The notes under the pieces are model-generated. The model had not been told where the DNA came from. It saw only the letters and a program-made list of their open reading frames with translations, and did not search any database. From NCBI GenBank assembly GCA_963848965.1, contig CAWKFG010000001.1:480001-544000 (forward strand): 64,000 bases of DNA. The letters run 5' to 3'. A program made the position numbers and the translations under genes. Shown here in pieces: positions 1 through 8,622 of this stretch. Within the stretch, counting starts at the first letter, position 1; each line of letters opens with the position of its first letter. This DNA comes from an uncultured bacterium. GTDB taxonomy: Bacteria; Babelota; Babeliae; Babelales; Babelaceae.

Positions 1-25
1 AGGGTACCTCAAGAACTAATTTTTC

Positions 26-1240
26 TTAAGCTAACCCATTTTTAAGGACATGAGCAATAGTAATATGCTTAATTTTGTAAGCAGGCAGTAACGTTGCTAA
101 AAAGCTCAGAATAACTGTTATACCAAGCACCAAAGCTATCATAGAAGTATCTATATAGATAGGTAAATGTGGTACATAGTAAATGTCAGGCAGCTGAATA
201 AGTGGATAATTGCGTAAAAACCAACTAGCACCCAGAGCAAACAAAATGCCACAGGCAGATGCAGTTAGTGTAATGCAAAGGCCAACTATAACGAATATGC
301 TCATAAGTGCTCTGTCTGCAATGCCCATACTTTTTAAAAGAGCAATATCTCCTTGTTTTTGAGTTACAAACATAAAAAGAAGAGAGACAATGTTCATGCT
401 TGCTACTAATACTACTAGTGCAAGAATGATAAATAAGGCATATTTCTCAAGAGCAAGCGCAGATACGAGGGCAGGATAAAGATCTTTCCATGACGAAACT
501 TCAAGAGGAAACCGCTGCCTAAGGAGCATAAGTGCTTTTTTCTCATCTGTGCTTGAAGAGAGTTTCACATTTACTTGCGAAATTCCTTGGGAAAATAATT
601 CTGTAAAAAATGAGAGTGAACTTAAAATAACATATTCATCAAACTCATTAATACCAGTTTTAAAGAGAGCTGCAATACGAGCTTCTTGACTGTGAAGTGT
701 TATTTTATTAGTAAGTATGTCGTCACCATATAAGAGTGTAAGAGAGTCTCCTACAGTAACGCCAAGTTGCTGAGCAAGCTTTTCTCCTATAAAGACACCT
801 CTGTCTTGCAAAAGTATATCCCATGTTGAAGATGAGGTTGTTATCATGCTTTTAAGGGCACTTACCTGCGGTTCTAATACAGGATCTATGCCTTTAAGAA
901 CACAGAGAGTGCTATTGTCTTTGTTTCCTTGAATAATTACTTGGGAAAGAGCGATAGGGCTTATACATGCTACGGGACCTTGAAATTCCGTATCGATAAC
1001 TTCTTTGAGTTTCTTAAAATCAATTGATTTTCCATGAGCAGTTATTATAACATCAGCATGAATACCTTTTAGTTTCTCATGAGTGGCATGCTCATAACCA
1101 TTCATGATTGCAGCAACAAGAGTAAGCGCAAAAGTGCTTAAAAGGATGCTTATAAAGCAGATTTTGATCATCACAGAAATGCTTTTTTCATCTTTTGAGC
1201 TTTTTAAAAAGCGCCAAGCAAGAAGTAAACTAATAGGCAT
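26..1240 (-). CDS. Lipoprotein-releasing ABC transporter permease, LolC/E (FtsX-like) family
   Basis: N-terminal TM, MacB-like periplasmic domain (GEKLAQQLGVTVGD), C-terminal 'KQGDIALLKSMG' and 'LPDIYY' motifs with 3 further TMs; ATG at 1240 preferred over GTG at 1252. Confidence 0.88.
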   Translation of the reverse strand: MPISLLLAWRFLKSSKDEKSISVMIKICFISILLSTFALTLVAAIMNGYEHATHEKLKGIHADVIITAHGKSIDFKKLKEVIDTEFQGPVACISPIALSQVIIQGNKDNSTLCVLKGIDPVLEPQVSALKSMITTSSSTWDILLQDRGVFIGEKLAQQLGVTVGDSLTLLYGDDILTNKITLHSQEARIAALFKTGINEFDEYVILSSLSFFTELFSQGISQVNVKLSSSTDEKKALMLLRQRFPLEVSSWKDLYPALVSALALEKYALFIILALVVLVASMNIVSLLFMFVTQKQGDIALLKSMGIADRALMSIFVIVGLCITLTASACGILFALGASWFLRNYPLIQLPDIYYVPHLPIYIDTSMIALVLGITVILSFLATLLPAYKIKHITIAHVLKNGLA

Positions 1241-1308
1241 ATTTTTTCTCACGCAATAGAGGATTTTAAATCAGTGTACTATAAAAAACAGATGAGAAAA
1301 AGGACGGT

Positions 1309-1776
1309 ATGGATATACGTATAGCTATCGGAGCAGATCACCGAGGATTTTTATTAAAAAGTTACCTTGTCTTGCAAAAGAAGATAGGTCCATTTTCTAT
1401 TGCTTGGGATGACGTAGGAACGTTTACTGAAGAACGAACAGATTACCCTCTTTTTTCACGTAAAGTAGTGCAACTTATACAGGATGGGTGGGTAGATCTT
1501 GGCATTATGGCATGTGGTAGTGGTATTGGTATGGCTATTGCAGCTAATCGCTTTCGTGGTATTTATGCAGGCCTTGTATGGAATGAAGAGGTTGCTCGTC
1601 AAGCTCGTCAAGATGATAATGTTAATGTTCTTGTACTACCTGCAGATTTTATCTCTTTAGAAGAAGGATATGCTATAGTACTTGCATGGCTTTCAAGCGA
1701 CTTTAAAGGTGGTCATTATCAAGAACGGCTTACACAACTTGATGATTTACAAAGAGAATCATGCTTATCACTGTGA
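1309..1776 (+). CDS. rpiB: Ribose-5-phosphate isomerase B (RpiB/LacA/LacB family)
   Basis: Motifs GADHRG, DYP, CGSGIGMAIAANR, FKGGHY. Confidence 0.92.
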   Translation: MDIRIAIGADHRGFLLKSYLVLQKKIGPFSIAWDDVGTFTEERTDYPLFSRKVVQLIQDGWVDLGIMACGSGIGMAIAANRFRGIYAGLVWNEEVARQARQDDNVNVLVLPADFISLEEGYAIVLAWLSSDFKGGHYQERLTQLDDLQRESCLSL

Positions 1777-1792
1777 TAACACTCTATAAAAA

Positions 1793-1818
1793 AAGAGGGA
1801 AGCTTTTGCTTCCCTCTT
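1793..1818. terminator. Bidirectional intrinsic terminator
   Basis: AAGAGGGAAGC-TTTT-GCTTCCCTCTT hairpin between convergent genes. Confidence 0.8.
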
Positions 1819-1826
1819 CTAGTAGT

Positions 1827-4412
1827 TTATCCAAGTAATTCTTGCATTTCTGAGGCGGTGATAACAAGTTTATCTTCAAGCTGTTGTGCTACAAGCTTAA
1901 GCTGATCTTTATGCTCTTCAAGAAGAGCAGCAGCTTTTTCTGTAAGCTGTTCAACATGTTGTTCAATTGTTATCTTTTTACGTTCACGAAGTTCTTTAGA
2001 AAATGCTTTCTCAGTAAGGCCTTCAAAAGCTATTTTATTAAGTTCTGTAATGACCACCTGTTTTGATGGTCTGCTCAGAGCTGGCGCTACAGAATTTAAC
2101 AGAATACGTTGTGCTTGAGCTCCTGCAAGCTCGATGATACACAATTTTTCTATATCTTTTTCTGTTGCATACGTTGCAAATGAAGGATCTTCATAACTAA
2201 TAAGAGCACCTTGGAAAGTTCCTTTTTTTCTATCTACTGGTAAGATAGTTGCTTTTAAGAGCTTTGTTTGTGGTGCAAGTAACAAATGTGCAAGTGCTTT
2301 ACCTGCATAATGAGCAGCTAATATATGTTTTTCTGTAACATTTTGTATCTGTTCTTGAGTACGAATACGATGTATGAGTTCGTTAATACTTTGCTCAATG
2401 TGAACCGGCTTTACTACTTCGCGGTTGGTATGGGCAGTATTTAACGCTCTATTGATAAGAGACCGCAACTGTGTATAGGTGCATCCCTCTGTCTCTTGAG
2501 CGATACTAGCAGTGTTAAATTGAGAGCGCTTAATGCACCGCTCATGAAGTTCTTTATCTATAAAGAGCTCACGATCTTCGAGTGTTGGCTTCTCGCATAC
2601 AATAACGGAGCCAAGGCGATCTGCGCTTTCTAGTACTCTGTCGATACTACGTCTTTCCTGGGCTGTTGCCACTACAAACACATCTTTTTTGCTTTTTGCA
2701 AGACCACTAAAAGCATTCTTTATTTTGTTCCACACTGTGGCATCAACACCATCTTGTTTGCAAAGCCAATCAAGTTCATGCACTAATACAACGCATGGTG
2801 CTACTTTTTCTGCGTCCTTGAGTATGTCTTTAAGGTCTTTTGTAAGAAGATCTGCAGCTGCTACATCATACACTTTACAAACTGTTCGTTTATTCTGTGC
2901 TTTAAAGGTATCGGAAACGTCTTTTGCTACTGCGTGAACTAAATCGCGTGCAGTATCAAGAGGCCCTACTATCACATAGCCACGTCCAAGAAGAGTACCT
3001 GATCGGTCAATCATCTCTTTTTCTTTAAAGTAGGTAGCTATTTTTGAAAGGTGTTTTTTAGCATCTTCATTACCGGTAATAGGAAAGATAACTTTTGCTT
3101 CTTTTGCAGGAGAACCATCATCAAAGGATTCGCCTTTAAGATAGGCAAACGTTCTACGTGTTTGCTTTGAACCCCATCCTCCAAGATTCACAAGGTCTTC
3201 TTTCACTCGTGGCCAAAAGAGACTTGCGATGCTTAAAGTCAGAAGTGGTGTTTCGGTTTCAAATTTAATAAGGTTCCCTAAATGGAATGCTATAGAACCT
3301 ATAATACCGCCCTTATTTTCATAGGCATCTGCTGTTGATGATTTAAATGAAGCTGCCATATTATCCATTTTTTTGCTGAGCGTCTCAAATTTATCATTGA
3401 GATCTTTAACGGTTGGCTCAGCTTTAGGAGCTGCTGCCTCTGGTTGTTTAGGCTCTGCTTTTGGTACTTCTTGAGCAGGTACTGATTCTGCGGGTTTTGC
3501 TGTTTCTTTGGTAGCTGCTGGAATAGTTACTTTTGGTTCAGATTCTGCAGGTTTTGCTGTTTCTTTTGCTGACTCTGTAGGAGCTGTGCTTGGTTTATCT
3601 GGCGCTTTATCTTTTTTAATCGCATCTTTAGCAGCTTCGTTTGAGGCAATATGACCTGAGGTATCTTGTTTTTTCTTTGGTCGTGAACCGATAAATGCTT
3701 TAAGCTTATCAAGCCATGGCATCTTGAGTGTTTTAAGGGTATCTTCATGAAGTAAATAGAGGGCATACGTGCCTACAGCAGCATAAGGTAAAGCTCGTTT
3801 TGCAGCATCAAACATATGCCATTGAGTACCTGCTGTATCTATATCTTTTGCTACTCGATTAACAGATGTTATTCCTATATCTTTTATATATGAGTGTAAG
3901 GTATCAAGTTGTACTTGGCAGCTATCAAGCTCTGCTTGAAGAATTTCACCGTTAACAGGCAAAGAGCTGCGCACATGGCGTACTGCATCTAGTTCATTAA
4001 ATTCGCTCGTTTCCTTAAATTCTTTCAGAACAAGCTCATTTGTTCGAGCAATAAGTGCTTTATCAAGCTCTACAAGAGAGCGTACATTTACTGGTGTTTG
4101 GCCAATTGATTTCGTTTTATGGTCGAGGCTTCTTTCTATAAGCTCACGTAAATAAAGAATTTGTTCTCGTGCTGCTTTCTTATCAGTAACTTTTGCAGCT
4201 CCTGAATAAACCACTTGTCCTAATTCTTCAAGTGCAAAATCGAGTTCTAATAATTGTTGGCGTGTCTTTGTAAGAAGCTCTCTGTTATCTTGAAAATTTT
4301 CAGTAAGTTCATCAAATGATTCTTGATGATCCGTTGCTAGCAAGGAAGAGAATCCTGCAGTGCTTAACAAGAGAGTAAGTGCAAACTTTTTGGAAGATTG
4401 TAAGGGTATCAT
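1827..4412 (-). CDS. Degenerate FtsH-like AAA+ protein (no Walker A Lys, no HEXXH), with signal peptide and Pro/Ala/Lys/Glu linker
   Basis: FtsH-like order GYVIVGPLDTA / APCVVLVHELD / VVATAQ / DRLG / ETEGCT / AAHYAGKAL / LAGAQAQ; paralogous to the adjacent 818-aa gene; ATG 4412 preferred. Confidence 0.8.
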   Translation of the reverse strand: MIPLQSSKKFALTLLLSTAGFSSLLATDHQESFDELTENFQDNRELLTKTRQQLLELDFALEELGQVVYSGAAKVTDKKAAREQILYLRELIERSLDHKTKSIGQTPVNVRSLVELDKALIARTNELVLKEFKETSEFNELDAVRHVRSSLPVNGEILQAELDSCQVQLDTLHSYIKDIGITSVNRVAKDIDTAGTQWHMFDAAKRALPYAAVGTYALYLLHEDTLKTLKMPWLDKLKAFIGSRPKKKQDTSGHIASNEAAKDAIKKDKAPDKPSTAPTESAKETAKPAESEPKVTIPAATKETAKPAESVPAQEVPKAEPKQPEAAAPKAEPTVKDLNDKFETLSKKMDNMAASFKSSTADAYENKGGIIGSIAFHLGNLIKFETETPLLTLSIASLFWPRVKEDLVNLGGWGSKQTRRTFAYLKGESFDDGSPAKEAKVIFPITGNEDAKKHLSKIATYFKEKEMIDRSGTLLGRGYVIVGPLDTARDLVHAVAKDVSDTFKAQNKRTVCKVYDVAAADLLTKDLKDILKDAEKVAPCVVLVHELDWLCKQDGVDATVWNKIKNAFSGLAKSKKDVFVVATAQERRSIDRVLESADRLGSVIVCEKPTLEDRELFIDKELHERCIKRSQFNTASIAQETEGCTYTQLRSLINRALNTAHTNREVVKPVHIEQSINELIHRIRTQEQIQNVTEKHILAAHYAGKALAHLLLAPQTKLLKATILPVDRKKGTFQGALISYEDPSFATYATEKDIEKLCIIELAGAQAQRILLNSVAPALSRPSKQVVITELNKIAFEGLTEKAFSKELRERKKITIEQHVEQLTEKAAALLEEHKDQLKLVAQQLEDKLVITASEMQELLG
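3484..3566. repeat. Intragenic direct repeat encoding KETAKPAES twice
   Basis: GATTCTGC(G/A)GGTTTTGCTGTTTCTTT at 3484 and 3541. Confidence 0.8.
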
Positions 4413-4455
4413 ACCTCGACCTTTCGTCAATCAATCGGTTTTTCTACTGTATTTT

Positions 4456-4486
4456 AGTATACAGGAGCTTGAAGCCCCTGTATACT
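4456..4486. terminator. Stem-loop between the two FtsH-like genes
   Basis: AGTATACAGGAGCTT-G-AAGCCCCTGTATACT, one mismatch. Confidence 0.6.
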
Positions 4487-4492
4487 TCTAGA

Positions 4493-6949
4493 TCACTTAC
4501 GGTATTCTTGAACAAGTGCTTGCAACTCTGAAGCACGAAGATTTGTGTGTGTCTCTAGTTCTTGTGCTATTTTTTCAAGAAGCACTTTTTGTTGTGTAAG
4601 AAGTTCTCGTACTTCTTGTTCATACCGCTTTACAAGTTTATAGGCTTCTTGATGAAGCTCTTTTTGTACCGATTTTGGAAGGTCTTTTTCAAGCATTCCA
4701 TCAAAAGCAATCTCTTTTGCATATTTAAGCGCTTTTTGTTTGTCTTGAGGATGATAACTATACCCTGTTGATCCAAGGAGTATCTCTTCTGCAATCGATC
4801 CAGCAAGTGCAACTTTGCAGAGCATCTCCTTATGAGTCTTTGTTTCTACATTAAGAACTTCTGCATCATTATAGGTAAAGAGTTTACCATATTTGCTTTG
4901 CTCTTGTTTATACAGTAAGTGCTGCGATTTTTCCCAATAACGTATCTCTTTAATAGTATTCCAGCGTCCTCTAATAGTAACAAGTTCAACTTTTTCAGGA
5001 ATATCAAGAAGTACATGTAATAAAGCATGACCTGCTAAGTGAGCAGAGATAAGTTTTCTCTCTTCTATGCTTAATGGAAGAGCATTTTTGAGTCTATAAA
5101 CGTGTTGATCAATACGATTTTGTAAGTGCTCTTGTGATACTGAGCGAGCAAGTGTACGAGCAACAAAGCGAGCGTTCTTTACAATGGTTTCAAGATCACC
5201 ATACGAACATCCCTGTGTTTGACGTGCTAGGGCATCAATATCTAGAGAGCTTGTATCGATAACATTATATTTAAATATAATGTCAAAGTATTTTTTACGA
5301 TTATGATAGTTTGGTTTCTCAAATCGTATAATGGTACCAAAACGACCAGGTTGTAAAAGAGCCGTATCAAGCTTTTCTGGTTGATTTGTTGCTCCAAGTA
5401 ATATTACTTGGTGGCGTGCATCATTTTCACTGTTGATACCGCTCATACCAGTAAGGAACTGCGTAAGAACATTTCCTCCCTCTTTGGTTTGCAAAGGAAG
5501 ATTATGAATCTCATCTATAAAGACAACGCAAGGAGCATTAAATTTAGCTTCATCAATGACGCTTTTAAGCCCTTCGCTATCCCACACAATTTCACTCCAT
5601 TTTACTTCTTTAAAGCCATATTTAGTTCCTATGCCTTTGGCTTCTAATGCATCATTAATGGTATCTCGTAATGCTCGTGCTAAAAATGTTTTTCCGCACC
5701 GAGAAGGACCTACTAAAAGAATTCCCTTTTCTAAACTTGTATTAGTACGATCATACATCTCTGGATCGGTAACATAGCGTACAAGATTACGAAGTTCATC
5801 AATTTGACCATCAAGCCCAACAAGGCGTGGATCATCGAGGGTAATATGATCGTGAGAAGTAGAATCTCTCTGTTCTACTTCGTAACCTTTAAGTTTATTC
5901 CACTGATTTCTTAAGGTTTGCTTTGTTGCCATATAACCAGGTATAGATTCTTTCTTAAGAAGTAAAAGGGGTACTCCTACTTCTAAAATTGTTTTGAGTA
6001 ATTTTCGGTTATTTTCTACAAGCTTAACACCTTTGCTGTACCATCCTGTACGAGATTTATCTCGGTTAATTTGTGTATTAAGCTCAACTTCATCAAGATT
6101 GAGCCGGTCCATTCGCTCTTTAAATACTTGTTCGCCTACGTTCACTTTGTTATCGTTGAGTGCATCTTTCTTTGCTTTTATATCATCTAAGCGTTCTTTC
6201 GCAGATAGTGGGCTATTATCTGTCCAATGATCTCCTAGCCACTTTTTTACTGTTTTTATAACAGGAATATCTTTTAACCAATCTTTTGGAGTGAAGTAGA
6301 GAGCTCCTCCTGCAAGAGCAGTAACAAGTGGGATGTTTTCTACAATTGTTGTAATATGGTATTTATTATTAATGTCATCGAGTTTACGAGCGAATCGATT
6401 GAGGTCTGTGAGTCCTGCATCTTTTGCTCGTGCTCGCAATTCTGTTATAACTTGGTTATTACTTTGAGAAAACGCGTTTAGAGCATCTAATGATGGTGTT
6501 GTTGATGGCTCTTTTGTCACAGGAGGGATATCAAAATGAATGAGTGTTTCAGGTTTAAATTTTTCGTTAATTGTTTCGGTGATATGTATTGCAAGGAACT
6601 TAACGGTGACGAGTCCGTGTCTTAAAGAGACTTCAGTAGGGGGTTCAGTAGTACACTGTGTCTGAAGACCACTTACTAATTTCTGGTGCTGCCGAATCCA
6701 ATCGCGAGTGTTTTCAATATTACTTACTTTGATAGAACCTTTGTTAAGAGCCTGTCCAAGATACTGTAATGTAGAGTTAATTTCTTCAAGGTGTAAAAGC
6801 TCTTTTTCTAATATACTATTAAGTTTTGTAGCTCGTTGAATTTCTTCTAATTGAGGTTCTGATGAAGGAGCGTCTGGTGAGGTAGCTATAAGTGGAGATG
6901 CTAGGCTCCATACCATAAGTGGGGTGAAAAAGCGCAATCGAAATTTCAT
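4493..6949 (-). CDS. FtsH-like AAA+ ATPase with inactive M41 protease domain
   Basis: Walker A GPSRCGKT, Walker B VVFIDE, SRH ATNQPEKLDTALLQPGRFG; zinc motif reads HLAGH instead of HEAGH; N-terminal signal peptide. Confidence 0.88.
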   Translation of the reverse strand: MKFRLRFFTPLMVWSLASPLIATSPDAPSSEPQLEEIQRATKLNSILEKELLHLEEINSTLQYLGQALNKGSIKVSNIENTRDWIRQHQKLVSGLQTQCTTEPPTEVSLRHGLVTVKFLAIHITETINEKFKPETLIHFDIPPVTKEPSTTPSLDALNAFSQSNNQVITELRARAKDAGLTDLNRFARKLDDINNKYHITTIVENIPLVTALAGGALYFTPKDWLKDIPVIKTVKKWLGDHWTDNSPLSAKERLDDIKAKKDALNDNKVNVGEQVFKERMDRLNLDEVELNTQINRDKSRTGWYSKGVKLVENNRKLLKTILEVGVPLLLLKKESIPGYMATKQTLRNQWNKLKGYEVEQRDSTSHDHITLDDPRLVGLDGQIDELRNLVRYVTDPEMYDRTNTSLEKGILLVGPSRCGKTFLARALRDTINDALEAKGIGTKYGFKEVKWSEIVWDSEGLKSVIDEAKFNAPCVVFIDEIHNLPLQTKEGGNVLTQFLTGMSGINSENDARHQVILLGATNQPEKLDTALLQPGRFGTIIRFEKPNYHNRKKYFDIIFKYNVIDTSSLDIDALARQTQGCSYGDLETIVKNARFVARTLARSVSQEHLQNRIDQHVYRLKNALPLSIEERKLISAHLAGHALLHVLLDIPEKVELVTIRGRWNTIKEIRYWEKSQHLLYKQEQSKYGKLFTYNDAEVLNVETKTHKEMLCKVALAGSIAEEILLGSTGYSYHPQDKQKALKYAKEIAFDGMLEKDLPKSVQKELHQEAYKLVKRYEQEVRELLTQQKVLLEKIAQELETHTNLRASELQALVQEYRK

Positions 6950-7110
6950 AAATTTTTACCTTTCTCTAAAACCTATAGTATACTAAAATGTATGATAGTT
7001 TATATTTTTAGTGTAGAATGGACTAGTCGTTTCGTCAAAAGGTTCACAAAAGTGCGTTTTTCTTTGTATGCTGAAGAGCATATCTACACTGTGGTAAAAA
7101 TGAGGTATTT

Positions 7111-8607
7111 ATGAATCGTTTATTTTATATAATTGTGGTTATTAGTGCTTTGGGTGGCGCTGCTATGTATTGGTATCAAAAAAAAGAGGCTCGTGTTCAT
7201 GCAACATTTGACATGAAAAAGGCGCTCGAGAAGAAAAATATAGTCCCTGTAGCTGTTATTGGATCGGGGCCAGCTGGCTTAAGTGCAGCCCTCTATACTG
7301 CGCGGGCTTCCTTGTACACTGTGGTATTTCAAGGAAAGACGCCGGGAGGGCAACTAACAGGTACTACCTACGTTGAAAACTGGCCAGGAACACCAAAGTT
7401 GCTTGGATCACAGCTTATTGATATTAATAAAAAGCAGGCGGAAAAATTTGGAGCTCTTATGGTAAATGATACTATAGAGTCAGTCGATTTTTCTTCGTGG
7501 CCTTATGCACTTAAAACAGAAGATGGGCATGAGCTCTTTGCTCTTGCAGTTGTTATAGCTACAGGAGCAAATCCTCGATTGCTGAGTGATACTAAACCAG
7601 TACCTGGAGAAAAGGAGTACTGGGGTTATGGGGTAACTACCTGTGCTGTATGCGACGCTCCATTTTATAAAGGTAAAAAAGTTGTTGTTGTAGGAGGCGG
7701 TGATTCTGCAGTTGAAGAAGCTATGCTTCTTTCTACCTATGCAAATGAAGTAACTATGCTTGTACGTGGTGCATCGATGCGAGCGGCACCTGCCATGAAA
7801 GATAGATTAAAGGCAATAAATAAAATTAAGGTGATGTATAACACTGAGATTACTCAAATTATAGGGGAAGGTAAGGCAGTTACTGCGGTAGAATTGCTGA
7901 ATACTAAAGATAATACAAAATCTACCCTTGCTGTTGATGGAGTATTTTTAGCAATTGGGCATAAGCCAAATAGTGATATCTTTAAAAAGTACCTTAAGCT
8001 AGATCAGTTAGGATATATTGAGATGCATGATCGTTCACAAGCTACCTCATTACCAGGAGTATTCGCAGCAGGTGATGTTACTGATAAGGTATATAGACAG
8101 GCAGGGGTTGCAGCTGGTGATGGTATTAAAGCAGCACTTGATGCTAATGCGTTCTTACAACACAACGGATTTAATGAGACTGTTGCTCGTCAACTTGAAA
8201 AGAACTATTATGATCCACATCAGGATCTGCCTGCGGTAAAGCTTGAACATATTGTAACAAACAAGGATTTTGACGCACTTGCAAAACTCCCAGAGCCTCT
8301 CATTGTTGATGTCGGTGCAGATTATTGTCCAACATGTAAAGTACTACTTCCTGTAGTAGAAACTGTTGCTGCTCAAATGCAAGGAAAAGCACACTTTAGG
8401 CAAATAGATTTAGGTGATAATCCTACAGAGTTGGTAAAGCGGTTTGATCTAAAGGCTATACCTGCATTACTTATCTTTAAAAATGGGCAGCTTGTTTCCC
8501 GTTATGATCAGCAATTGTTTACTAAACGTGAGCTGTATAACCTTGTAAATCAACTTATTATGGGTGAAGAAGAGAAGAAAGAAGAGAAAAAGGCGGCATC
8601 ATTATGA
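7111..8607 (+). CDS. trxB: Thioredoxin reductase fused to a C-terminal thioredoxin domain, with N-terminal TM anchor
   Basis: GSGPAG, GGQL, VENWPG, CAVCD, GGGDSA, FAAGDV; C-terminal Trx fold with CPTC and 'AIPAL' cis-Pro. Confidence 0.92.
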   Translation: MNRLFYIIVVISALGGAAMYWYQKKEARVHATFDMKKALEKKNIVPVAVIGSGPAGLSAALYTARASLYTVVFQGKTPGGQLTGTTYVENWPGTPKLLGSQLIDINKKQAEKFGALMVNDTIESVDFSSWPYALKTEDGHELFALAVVIATGANPRLLSDTKPVPGEKEYWGYGVTTCAVCDAPFYKGKKVVVVGGGDSAVEEAMLLSTYANEVTMLVRGASMRAAPAMKDRLKAINKIKVMYNTEITQIIGEGKAVTAVELLNTKDNTKSTLAVDGVFLAIGHKPNSDIFKKYLKLDQLGYIEMHDRSQATSLPGVFAAGDVTDKVYRQAGVAAGDGIKAALDANAFLQHNGFNETVARQLEKNYYDPHQDLPAVKLEHIVTNKDFDALAKLPEPLIVDVGADYCPTCKVLLPVVETVAAQMQGKAHFRQIDLGDNPTELVKRFDLKAIPALLIFKNGQLVSRYDQQLFTKRELYNLVNQLIMGEEEKKEEKKAASL

Positions 8608-8614
8608 TGCCGCC
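8592..8614. terminator. Terminator hairpin between convergent genes
   Basis: GGCGGCATCA-TTA-TGATGCCGCC. Confidence 0.7.
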
Positions 8615-8622
8615 CTCATGTT

